Below, in pieces: positions 28,158 through 36,702 of a DNA stretch of 64,000 bases. The position numbers and the translations under genes were made by a program. The number at the start of each line of letters is the position of its first letter. Position 1 is the stretch's first letter. Origin of the DNA: an uncultured Acidimicrobiales bacterium (lineage in GTDB: Bacteria > Actinomycetota > Acidimicrobiia > Acidimicrobiales > DATKAS01); assembly GCA_963726495.1 (NCBI GenBank), contig CAVSCP010000009.1:79665-143664 (forward strand). The letters are read 5' to 3'. Below the pieces are notes generated by a model. That model saw nothing but the letters and a program-made list of their open reading frames with translations. It did not search any database and was not told the DNA's origin.

Positions 28158-29236
28158 TCAAGTACCTCGGCTCGAAGCGGCGGCTCGTCCCCGTGCTCGC
28201 GGCGCTCGCCGAGGCCTCGGGCGCCCGCACTGCCATCGACCTGTTCACCGGCACGACGCGGGTCGCGCAGGCGTTCAAGCAGCAGGGCGTGCACGTCACC
28301 GCGGTCGACACCGCTCGCTACGCCGAGGTCTTCAGCCGCTGCTACATCGAGACCGATCTCGACGCCGCCGACGTGCCCGCCCTCGAAGCCGAGCTCGCTC
28401 GGCTCGATCAGCTGCCCGGCCGCGAGGGGTACTTCACCGAGACGTTCTGCCAGCGAAGCCGCTTCTTCACACCGGAGAACGGAGCCCGCATCGACGCGAT
28501 CCGAGACGCGATCGCCACCGACCACGCGGGCACCTCGCTCGAGCCTGTGCTCCTCACGAGCCTGATCGAGGCCGCCGACCGAGTGGACTCGACCACCGGC
28601 GTGCAGATGGCCTATCTGAAGCAGTGGGCCCCGCGGGCACACCAGCGGTTGGCGCTGCGCACGCCCGCGCTCTTGCGTGGCTCGGGCTCCGCGATCCGCG
28701 GTGACGCCGTCGAGCTCGTGAAGACGATCGGGTCGTTCGACCTCGCGTACCTCGACCCTCCGTACAACCAGCACCGCTACTTCACGAACTACCACGTGTG
28801 GGAGACCCTGGTCGCGTGGGATGCGCCCGAGCACTACGGCGTGGCCTGCAAGCGCATCGACGCTCGAGAAGAAGCGACGCGCAGCGCCTTCAACTCGCGC
28901 CGCACGATGCCCGACGCGCTGGCCGCGGTGATCGCCGGCGTCGACGCCGAGCTCGTGGTGGTGTCGTACAACGACGAGGCCTGGCTCACGCTCGACGAGC
29001 TGATCGCGATGTGCTCCGTCGGCGGCAGGCACGTCGCCGTGCTCGGGTTCGACTCGAAGCGCTACGTCGGGGCGCAGATCGGCATCCACAACCCGAAGGG
29101 CGAGCGCGTCGGTCGTGTGTCCCACCTTCGAAACACCGAGCTGCTCGCGATCGGCGGGCCCCGCGATCTCGTCGAAAAGGTGGTCCGACGGTGTGGTCTC
29201 GCAACCATCCCCCAAAGTGACGGAGTCCCCACTTAA
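28154..29236 (+). CDS. D12-class (Dam-like) N6-adenine DNA methyltransferase
   Basis: Starts MIKYLGSKRRL. The FxGxG-like SAM site is DLFTGTTRVA and the catalytic motif is DPPY (YLDPPYNQH). No nuclease gene is adjacent. Confidence 0.8.
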   Translation: MIKYLGSKRRLVPVLAALAEASGARTAIDLFTGTTRVAQAFKQQGVHVTAVDTARYAEVFSRCYIETDLDAADVPALEAELARLDQLPGREGYFTETFCQRSRFFTPENGARIDAIRDAIATDHAGTSLEPVLLTSLIEAADRVDSTTGVQMAYLKQWAPRAHQRLALRTPALLRGSGSAIRGDAVELVKTIGSFDLAYLDPPYNQHRYFTNYHVWETLVAWDAPEHYGVACKRIDAREEATRSAFNSRRTMPDALAAVIAGVDAELVVVSYNDEAWLTLDELIAMCSVGGRHVAVLGFDSKRYVGAQIGIHNPKGERVGRVSHLRNTELLAIGGPRDLVEKVVRRCGLATIPQSDGVPT

Positions 29237-29271
29237 AGTGGCGATCCGATGACGATTCGGGTGATTTCCCG

Positions 29272-29299
29272 CTCAGAACGCCACCCAACGTGCCGATAT
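29272..29299 (+). promoter_or_regulatory. Candidate sigma-28 (FliA/SigD-type) promoter
   Basis: GCCGATAT at 29292..29299 matches the sigma-D/sigma-28 -10 consensus. It sits in a locally AT-richer stretch about 50 nt upstream of the FlgN-like start. The -35 region (ctCAGAac, about 15-16 nt upstream) is a poor match to TAAA. Confidence 0.3.
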
Positions 29300-29347
29300 C
29301 TGAAGAGTGAGCTCCGTCGGCCCCGACCGGTGAGCGCGCCTGAGGTG

Positions 29348-29938
29348 ATGAACGGCATGACCGCACTCAGCCACACGCTCCTTCGTGAGCGGCGGCTGTT
29401 GGAGCTACTGACCTACCGGCTCGAGACGCAGCATCACCTGCTCGCGTCAGGACAGCCGCGGTTCATCTCCCTGGCCGCGCGTGAGATCGAAGACGTGCTC
29501 GACGAGCTCGGGCACACCGAGCTCGAGCGCGCCGTGCAGGTGAGTGGGCTCGCCGAGCGCCTCGGCCTCCCCGACGAGCCGTCGCTGTCCGAGATCGTCG
29601 AGCAAGCGCCCGCCCCCTGGCGGGACATCCTCGCCGAGCACCGCGACGCGCTGCGCGTCGCCGCCGACGAAGTCGATCAGCTGACTGCCGCGAACCGAGC
29701 GCTTCTCGAAGCGGCGTACCTGGCCGAGCGCGGCGATCGTCGCGAGCGCGGAAGGGACTCTCTGATGCCCGACGTACGCGTGCCCGAGGCCGATGTTCGC
29801 AAGCGCCCGAAGCGCCGGCCGGCGTCGCTGGACGACACGCGGCTCACCGAGCTCCGAGACGAAGAGCTCGCGTGGCTGGCGGCCTTGGCGACGAGCGCGC
29901 GGGGCTTGCAGCCATCGCTGCGCGAGTTCCTGCGCTGA
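29348..29938 (+). CDS. FlgN-like flagellar export chaperone family protein
   Basis: The sequence is MNGMTALSHTLLRERRLLELLTYRLETQHHLLASG..REIEDVLDELGHTELERAVQVSGLAERLGLPDEPSLSEIV..QLTAANRALLEAA. The helical pattern is typical of FlgN. An alternative ATG at 29357 lies behind GAGGTG. Confidence 0.55.
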   Translation: MNGMTALSHTLLRERRLLELLTYRLETQHHLLASGQPRFISLAAREIEDVLDELGHTELERAVQVSGLAERLGLPDEPSLSEIVEQAPAPWRDILAEHRDALRVAADEVDQLTAANRALLEAAYLAERGDRRERGRDSLMPDVRVPEADVRKRPKRRPASLDDTRLTELRDEELAWLAALATSARGLQPSLREFLR

Positions 29939-29988
29939 CGGGCTTCCTGCGCTGACGGCCCCGGCCGCCGCTGAGCTTCCTGCGCTGG
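29927..29988 (+). repeat. Three direct copies of TTCCTGCGCTG(A/G)
   Basis: Copies lie at 29927..29938 (containing the FlgN-like stop), 29944..29955 and 29977..29988. All sit between the convergent stops of the FlgN-like gene and fliA. Confidence 0.7.
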
Positions 29989-29992
29989 CGAG

Positions 29993-30932
29993 CTAGGCCG
30001 TGGCGAGGGTGACCAGCGGCTCGTTCGTCGAGACCTGGTCGAGCCGGCTCTTCCACGACGACTTCGTCGCAACCGCAGCGGCGTAGGTCTGCTTGCGCCG
30101 AGCGACGCGTGCGGTCGTGCGAGCGGCGACCTCTTCGTGTCTCCTCCGCCGGCCGGTACTGCGCCTCGATCGCTTCCCGCAGCATCTCGAGTGCCTCGGA
30201 GCGCAGCTGGGAGATGCGGCTCTCGGTCACGGCGAGGAACCGGGCGAGCTCCTCGGAGGTGCGACCCTCGAGGAAGTAGCCCGTGATGACCAGGCGGTGA
30301 CGCTCGGGCAGCAGGTGCACTGCGTCACGAAGGTACGCACGCATCTCACGAGCCTCGAGCTCCTCCGACGGCTCCGACACGGTGCGGTCGCAGAGCACGT
30401 CGACGAGCGACAGATCTTCGTCCGCCTCGCCGAGGCGATAGTCGAGGGCCAGCACCACCGAGCGGAACACACGGTCTCGGAGCGCCGCCAGGTCAGCCGG
30501 ACTCGCTCCGACCTCTCGCGCCAGCTCCTCCATCGACGGCATGCGTCCGAGACGGCTCGCGAGCCGCTGCTCGGCCGAGTCGGCCTGCCGGGCCAGGGCC
30601 CGCACCGAGCGGGGCGCCCAGTCCGCCGACCGGACTGCGTCGAGGATCGCGCCACGGATGCGGCGCGCTGCGAACTTGTCGAACGGGACTCCCTTGCTCG
30701 GGTCGAAGCGGTTCGCCGCCTCCACCAGGCCGAGCACGCCGGCTCGGACGAGCTCGCCCCGGTCTACGTGCCGAGGGAAGTTCACCGCCACCTGCACGAC
30801 GATTTGCTCGACGAGGGTCAAGTTCGCCTCGACGAGCGTGCGATCCGGGCCTCCGGTCCTCCCTGCGTTGGCAGCCGACTTGGCCGCGCCACGGGTGGTG
30901 GATTGCCGATCCTGGGTCTTTGTCTTCGCCAT
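29993..30932 (-). pseudogene. fliA: FliA/WhiG-type (sigma-28) RNA polymerase sigma factor, one frame break near 30130
   Basis: Sequence features are ..GVLGLVEAANRFDPSKGVPFDKFAARRIRGAILDAVRSADWAPRSVR..LPERHRLVITGYFLEGRTSEELARFLAVTESRISQLRSEALEMLR... The tail HEEVAARTTARVARRKQTYAAAVATKSSWKSRLDQ..LATA* is in another frame and ends at 29993..29995. Confidence 0.8.
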
Positions 30933-31171
30933 CTTCGCCCGACTCCCTCCACGGATGTCCCCGCTGAGATCGGCACCTTGAGTGGCGACATTAGCACTGA
31001 GCGTTGTTTTGCCCTAGGGGTCGTTTGGCCTATTTCTGCTGCTCACAGAGGGTGGGCGCCTCCTATCACTGACGGTAGCGTCACGCAATGTTGACGGGGT
31101 TTGTCGGGATACCGGCAGACTAGAGATACATCCAAATTCCCCCATCCACCAGCGACTTGGAGGGTCTCCTC

Positions 31172-31808
31172 ATGGCCATCCGACTGGGCGACACCGCCCC
31201 CGACTTCACCGCCGACACCACGCAAGGCACGATCAACTTCCACGAGTGGCTCGGCGACAGCTGGGGCGTCCTGTTCTCCCATCCGAAGGACTTCACGCCG
31301 GTCTGCACGACCGAGCTCGGCTACGTCGCGAAGATCAAGCCCGAGTTCGACAAGCGCAACGTGAAGGTGATCGGCCTGTCGGTCGATCCCGTCGACTCGC
31401 ACGACGAAGTGGGCGGCCGACATCGAGGAGACCCAGGGCACAGCGGTCAACTTCCCGATGATCGGCGATCCCGACAAGAAGGTCGCCGACCTCTACGACA
31501 TGATCCACCCGAACGCCAGCGACACCGTCACGGTGCGCACCGTGTTCGTCATCGGCCCCGACAAGAAGGTGAAGCTCACCCTCACCTACCCGCAGTCGGC
31601 CGGCCGCAACTTCGACGAGATCCTGCGCGTGATCGACTCGCTGCAGCTCTCCGCCGGCTACAGCGTGTCGACGCCCGTCAACTGGAAGGACGGCGAGGAC
31701 GTCATCATCATGCCGTCCGTGTCCGACGACGATGCCAAGGGCAAGTTCCCGAAGGGCTGGAAGGCGGTCAAGCCCTACCTGCGCCTCACGCCTCAGCCCA
31801 ACAAGTGA
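31172..31808 (+). pseudogene. 1-Cys peroxiredoxin (Prx6-type), one frame break near 31405
   Basis: [50 protein letters not shown] continues in ORF 31458..31808 (..[35 protein letters not shown]..). A GGAGGG RBS precedes the ATG. Confidence 0.85.
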
Positions 31809-32277
31809 TCTGCTGACCCACGCCGCGCACCGGCGGCGCGAGCCGATCGAGGTGCGCGCGATGGGTCGCTCGCGGATCATCGTCGCCGAGATCGGCACCG
31901 CCACTCGCTCGGGATCCACATCGACCGCCTCGAGCCCCGAGCCGCCTCGCGATCTCGGTGCCGTAGGCCTCGGACGAGAAGTAGACGTCTGGGCCCGTCG
32001 TCGAGCGGCCAGCGTGCTTGGAAGAGCGCCATCCACCGCTGCCAGAGGTCCTCGTCGTCGAAGTCGGTGTCGAGGTCGTGGCGCACCTCGACGACGGTCA
32101 CCTCAGGGTGCAGCTCGCGCGAGCCACTCGGCGCGCAGCTCGCCCGGGCACCACCTCGCCGTCGCGGGTGTTCACGAAGACGACGAGCTGATCGACCTGT
32201 GCGGCTGCCGACTCGATGAGGTGCGAGTGGCCGAGGTGAGGCGGGCAGAACCGACCGACGATGAGGCCGGTGGTCAG
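31786..32277 (-). pseudogene. HxGH nucleotidyltransferase (NadR/NMN adenylyltransferase-like), at least 2 frame breaks, start uncertain
   Basis: The sequence is LTTGLIVGRFCPPHLGHSHLIESAAAQVDQLVVFVNTRDGEVVPGELRAEWL..VTVVEVRHD..ISATMIRERP... The only in-frame start-like codon is the CTG at 32275..32277, which overlaps the cyclase stop (CTGA). Confidence 0.55.
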
Positions 32278-35200
32278 GAGACGACGCCTTCGCCCGCGCC
32301 GCGCCCGAGCGCCGCGAGCCGGAACGCGGTCGCCCAGCCCTCCGCCGGCGCACCCAAGGCGACCAGCTCGGCTTGGGTCGCGCTGCGCAGCTCGTCGGCA
32401 CCGTCGGCGCCGAGCGCAGCCAACGCTTCGGCGCCGGCGAGGCGGGTGAGACGCCGAGCGAGCACGTCGTCGGTCGCGTCGACGAAGGCCTCGGCCTCGG
32501 TCTGAGCGCGCTGCGTCGCCACCGCGTCGCCCTTCTGCGCGAGGGCGAGCACGCGCGCCGCACCCGCCGTGACGCGGTCGAGGTAGCTCGCACCGGACAA
32601 GCAGTCGACCGAGTCGGCCGCGGCGATCGCCTCGTCGGGCTTGCCGATGGCTGCGGTGACCAGAGCGAACGCGCTCAGCGCGTATGGGCTCGTCGGGCTC
32701 AGCGCCGCCGCGTCCTCGATCAGCACGAGCGCCTCGTCGACCTTCGCGGTCTGGAGGTACGCGAGACCAGAGCTGACCCTCGACTCGAGGTCGCCGAGCA
32801 TGAGCTTGTCGTTCAGGTCGGTCTGGGCGGCGAAGAGCACCGCCAGCGCGCGATCGCCGTCGCCGAGATGCACGAACGCGCCGCCCGAGATGGCAGCGCC
32901 CATCCGCTCGGATGCGATCGCGTTCGTCGCTGACAGCACCTCCTCGACTGTCTTCTCGACCTCGGCCGCGTCACCGGTCGCAGCGATCGACCGGGCGAGC
33001 GCGGCCAGCGCCATCGCCTTGCCGTAGTGGTCGCCGATCGACTGGAACAGGTCGCGCGCCTCGGTCGCGAGTGGCAGTGCTGCCTTCGCCCTCCCCCGCC
33101 ACAGTCGGAGGTTCGCGAGGAGCACGAGCATCATCCCGTGCGCCCACTTGTCGCTCTCACGGGCCCCGATGGCGAGCTCCGCGAGCGCCTCGGCCTCTTC
33201 GAAGTTGCCCTCGTTGTAACGAACCCACGCAAGCAGGCCACGGGACCAGCCCATGCCGAACTGGTCGCCGAGCTCGGTGAACATGCGCAACGACTCTTGG
33301 AGCCGCGGGTTCGCCTCGTCGATGTCTCCCCGCGAGAACGAGATGAACGCGAGGTACTGGATGGCCCACGCCTCACCGCGCTTGTCGCCGAGCTCGAGGA
33401 AGATCTCGCGCGCCTCGTTGAGAGCGGTCTCGCCTTCTTCGTACGTGCGCAGGAAGATGCTCGTGAAGCCGAGGTAGCGCAGCGCCTCGGCGAGGCCCTC
33501 CTTCTCGCCGAGCTCGCGCCACAGCGCGATCGCGTCCCAGAGCGTCGATGCCGACTCCTCGAGATGGCCCTCGCGCTCGAGCAGCTGGCCGAGCACGCTC
33601 ATCGCCTGGGCTCGCGCCGAACGGTCACCGGCTCGGTCCGCGTCTGCGAGCGCAGCCATCACGTCCATGCGGGCGCCGGCGAGATCACGCAGCGCCGACT
33701 TCGACCAGGCTCGCAACGTGAGGAGACGTCGGCGCGGATGCGCGGTCTCCTCGTCGTCGGGATCGAGGAAGGAGAGCGCCCGATCGGACAGCTTCAGCGC
33801 GGTGCCCGCCATTTCCTGCTGGTAGGCGCGCTTGGCCGCCTTTGCGAGCCAGCCCCCGGCCCGTGCCCGCACGTCGTCGGGCACACCGGGGATCGGCCCG
33901 AGCTCACCGACGAGCTCGCTCGCCGCCGCAAGGTGGACCGCCACTTGCTCGAGGCGCTCGCCTTTGCCCATCGCCTCGTCATTGACGAACAGCTCGGCGA
34001 TCGCAGAATGCCGCCGCGCCCGCGATGCCTTCGTGAGCGTGTTGTACGCGACCTCGCGGACCGATTCGGAACGGAACGTCCACCGGTCACCTTCGAGGAG
34101 CAGCAGGTCCTTCGACACGAGGGCGCTGAGCGCGCCTTGGCCGTCGTCGTCGAACTTCGCCGGCGCGTCGATCGGCACTCGCTCTTCGGCGAGCGCCGTG
34201 AGCATGCTCACGGGCCCCGACCTCCCGAGCACCGCGGCGTCTTCGAGCGTGGCGCGCTCGCCGGGTGACAAGGTGTCGATGCGCGCAGCAACGAGGCCGC
34301 GGATGTTGTCGGGGAGATCGGGGAGGTCGTCGTCGGTCTCGGCCGTGTCGCACACGAGCGACGCCAGCTCCTCGAGGAAGAACGGGTTCCCGCCGCTCCG
34401 GTCGAGCAGCTGGTCCGCGAGCCGGCGAGGCAGGCGCGACTCTGCGACCGAGTCGAGCAGCTGGCGCGCGGCGGCTCGGTCGAGCGGGTCGAGGTTGATG
34501 GCCAGCGTGTTGTGACGCCCCTGCGGCCGCCAACGGAAGTCCTGGCCGACGCGCGCGGTTGCCACGACGACGAACGGCAGCGAGCCGAGCGCCCGGAGCA
34601 TCCGGTCGAGGAGGTCGAGGACGAGGTCGTCAGCCCAGTGCAGGTCGGAGAGCACGACGAGGACCGGACGCACACGCAGGTAGGCCTCGGTGAACGAGAA
34701 CAGCGACAGCGCGGCGTCCTCACGGGCACGAGCCGGGTCGAGGCTGTCGAGCGCCGTCGGGAGCCCGATGAAGAAGAGCAGGCCCTCGGCGACGCGTGCG
34801 ACGACGTCCGACGTCGCCGGCTGCTCGAGCACTGCCGCCACCGCGCCGATGCAGCGCCGGCGGGCCACCTCGGGCGAGTCGTCCGCGTGGATGCCGGTGC
34901 CGTCACGCAGCATCTCGCCGATCGGCCACCAGATGTTCGCCTCGCCGTAAGGCACGCACCGGCCCTCGAGCACGGCGGCCTCGTGCGTCGCTTCGGCCAG
35001 CGACGATGCCTCCTCGGCCAGGCGGCTCTTGCCGACCCCGGCTTCGCCGATCAGCAGGATCAGCTGGGCGCGACTGTGCTCCACGCACATCTCGACGCTG
35101 CGGGAGATGAGCCCGAGCTCGGTGCCGCGTCCGACGAGGGGCGCGCGGAGCCGCCGGGGGCGGTGGCCGGGAGGAGCGCTCGGCTCGACGGCGATCCAGG

Positions 35201-35804
35201 CCTCGACGGGCTCCTCACGTCCACGTGCCTGCACCGGGCCCAGATGGTCGTAGCGCACGACCTGATGCGTGGCCGCGTGCGTGGCCGGGCCGACGAGGAC
35301 CTGTCCGGGCCGGGCGACTGACTGCAGCCGGTTCGCGGTGTTCACCACGTCACCCATCGCGGTGTAGTCGCCTCCGGCGCGCAGCGCACCGACGAGCACC
35401 TCGCCGGTGTTGACCCCGACGCGCATCTCGATGCCGTTCGCGATGCCTGCGGTGTGCTCTGCGATCGACTGCTGCATGCGGAGCGCGGCGCGCACGGCCC
35501 GCTCCGCGTCGTCTTCGTGCGCGAGGGGTGCACCGAACAGAGCGAGGATCGCGTCACCGATGATCTTGTCGACCTGCCCGCCGAACGCAGTGACATCTGC
35601 CACGAGGCACTCGAAGCAGTCGTCCACCAGGTTCTTCAGCTGCTCGGGGTCCATCGTCTCGGAAAGACCGGTGAAGCCGACCAGGTCAGCGAACAGCACC
35701 GTCACGACGCGCCGCTCGTCAGAGCGCGTCAGGAGGTTGTGCCCGCACGTGGGGCAGAACCTTGCCCCAGCAGGCGCGATTGTGCCGCATGACGGGCACG
35801 TCAT
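32274..35804 (-). CDS. Zinc-ribbon / class III adenylate-guanylate cyclase / AAA(STAND)-ATPase / TPR-repeat protein (1176 aa, intact)
   Basis: Starts MTCPSCG..CPTCG. Cyclase motifs are VLFADLVGFT, GDAILALFG, GVNTGEVLVG and GDVVNTANRL. Walker A is GEAGVGKSRL. More than 600 aa of helical, TPR-like repeats follow. I did not see a C-terminal LuxR-type HTH. Confidence 0.85.
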   Translation of the reverse strand: MTCPSCGTIAPAGARFCPTCGHNLLTRSDERRVVTVLFADLVGFTGLSETMDPEQLKNLVDDCFECLVADVTAFGGQVDKIIGDAILALFGAPLAHEDDAERAVRAALRMQQSIAEHTAGIANGIEMRVGVNTGEVLVGALRAGGDYTAMGDVVNTANRLQSVARPGQVLVGPATHAATHQVVRYDHLGPVQARGREEPVEAWIAVEPSAPPGHRPRRLRAPLVGRGTELGLISRSVEMCVEHSRAQLILLIGEAGVGKSRLAEEASSLAEATHEAAVLEGRCVPYGEANIWWPIGEMLRDGTGIHADDSPEVARRRCIGAVAAVLEQPATSDVVARVAEGLLFFIGLPTALDSLDPARAREDAALSLFSFTEAYLRVRPVLVVLSDLHWADDLVLDLLDRMLRALGSLPFVVVATARVGQDFRWRPQGRHNTLAINLDPLDRAAARQLLDSVAESRLPRRLADQLLDRSGGNPFFLEELASLVCDTAETDDDLPDLPDNIRGLVAARIDTLSPGERATLEDAAVLGRSGPVSMLTALAEERVPIDAPAKFDDDGQGALSALVSKDLLLLEGDRWTFRSESVREVAYNTLTKASRARRHSAIAELFVNDEAMGKGERLEQVAVHLAAASELVGELGPIPGVPDDVRARAGGWLAKAAKRAYQQEMAGTALKLSDRALSFLDPDDEETAHPRRRLLTLRAWSKSALRDLAGARMDVMAALADADRAGDRSARAQAMSVLGQLLEREGHLEESASTLWDAIALWRELGEKEGLAEALRYLGFTSIFLRTYEEGETALNEAREIFLELGDKRGEAWAIQYLAFISFSRGDIDEANPRLQESLRMFTELGDQFGMGWSRGLLAWVRYNEGNFEEAEALAELAIGARESDKWAHGMMLVLLANLRLWRGRAKAALPLATEARDLFQSIGDHYGKAMALAALARSIAATGDAAEVEKTVEEVLSATNAIASERMGAAISGGAFVHLGDGDRALAVLFAAQTDLNDKLMLGDLESRVSSGLAYLQTAKVDEALVLIEDAAALSPTSPYALSAFALVTAAIGKPDEAIAAADSVDCLSGASYLDRVTAGAARVLALAQKGDAVATQRAQTEAEAFVDATDDVLARRLTRLAGAEALAALGADGADELRSATQAELVALGAPAEGWATAFRLAALGRGAGEGVVS

Positions 35805-35837
35805 ATCGGAGCATCCTACGGTGCGTCCGCCCGACTG

Positions 35838-35871
35838 TCGCGTGGGTTCGCGCCTTTCGCGACCCACGCGA
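35838..35871. promoter_or_regulatory. Long imperfect palindrome in a divergent promoter region
   Basis: TCGCGTGGGTTCGCG-ccttt-CGCGACCCACGCGA has 14-15-bp arms with one indel. It lies between the cyclase-STAND start (35804) and the ABC ATPase start (35927). Confidence 0.4.
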
Positions 35872-35926
35872 GACGGATCTGCCCATAGCGTGGAGCGCTG
35901 ACCTCTCGAAGGAGCTGACTTCCCCC

Positions 35927-36695
35927 ATGTCGACCCTCAGCGAGGCGAACGCCGCCGACTCCGCAGTCCCCCACTGTTGCTGCCCGCGCCGTCGACGCAG
36001 TGAAGATCTACGGCAAGGACGACAGCGAGGTGCGCGCGCTCGACGGTGTGACCATCGACTTCGCAACCGGCCAGTTCACCGCGATCATGGGCCCTTCGGG
36101 GTCGGGCAAGTCGACCCTCATGCACTGCTGTGCGGGTCTCGACACGCTCACCTCAGGTGAGGTCTCGATCGGCGATCGCTCCCTCAGCTCGATGAGCGAG
36201 CGCGAGCTCACCCTCATGCGCCGGGACCGCCTCGGGTTCGTCTTCCAGGCGTACAACCTCGTGCCCACGCTCACGGCCGAGGAGAACATCAACCTTCCCG
36301 TCGCACTCGCGGGGCGAGATCCCGACAAGGAGTGGGTCGCCCAGGTGATCAAGAGCGTCGGGCTCGGCGATCGTCTGAAGCACCGGCCGAGCGAGCTGTC
36401 CGGCGGCCAGCAGCAGCGAGTGGCAGTCGCCCGAGCGTTGGCGAACCGGCCCGAGCTGATCTTCGCGGACGAGCCCACGGGCAACCTCGACAGCCGCACG
36501 AGCGCCGAGATCCTGCAGTTCATGCAGACGGCGGTCACCGACCTCTCGCAGACGATCGTCATGGTGACGCACGACCCGATGTCGGCGTCGTACGCGAGCC
36601 GCGTCGTCTTCCTCGCCGACGGCAAGATCGTCGACGAGATGCTCCAGCCGACCGCTGATCGAGTGCTCGATCGGATGAAGCGCTTCGGGGAGTAG
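35927..36695 (+). pseudogene. ABC transporter ATP-binding protein (MacB/LolD-type), frame break in a C5 run
   Basis: The ATG at 35927 follows GAAGGAG. MSTLSEANAADSAVP reads on into ..VAARAVDAVKIYGKDD.. only if the C5 run at 35968..35972 is read as C4. Walker A is GPSGSGKST, the signature is LSGGQQQR and Walker B is LIFADEPT. Confidence 0.9.
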
Positions 36696-36702
36696 CGACC
36701 AC

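Noticed and set aside
27704-29215. 503-aa ORF on the minus strand
   Set aside because: It is antisense to the unknown ORF and the Dam-like methylase, whose plus-strand frame carries the DPPY and FxGxG motifs.
20526-29236. PD-(D/E)xK-like gene plus the Dam-like methylase as a restriction-modification pair
   Set aside because: The two genes are about 6.5 kb apart. Seven unrelated genes in mixed orientations lie between them (ferritin-like, PPOX, sulfatase-like, crotonase, disulfide reductase and others). Nothing in the sequence links them.
29236-29348. Search for a small FlgM-like anti-sigma ORF next to the FlgN-like gene
   Set aside because: The only open frame (from 29249) is in frame with the FlgN-like gene. 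It encodes an Arg/Ser-rich leader with poor codon bias. No separate small gene is supported.
29927-29988. Direct repeats as a possible CRISPR array
   Set aside because: There are only three 12-nt copies, the spacing is irregular (17 and 33 nt) and no cas genes are present. I saw no CRISPR-like array anywhere in the window.
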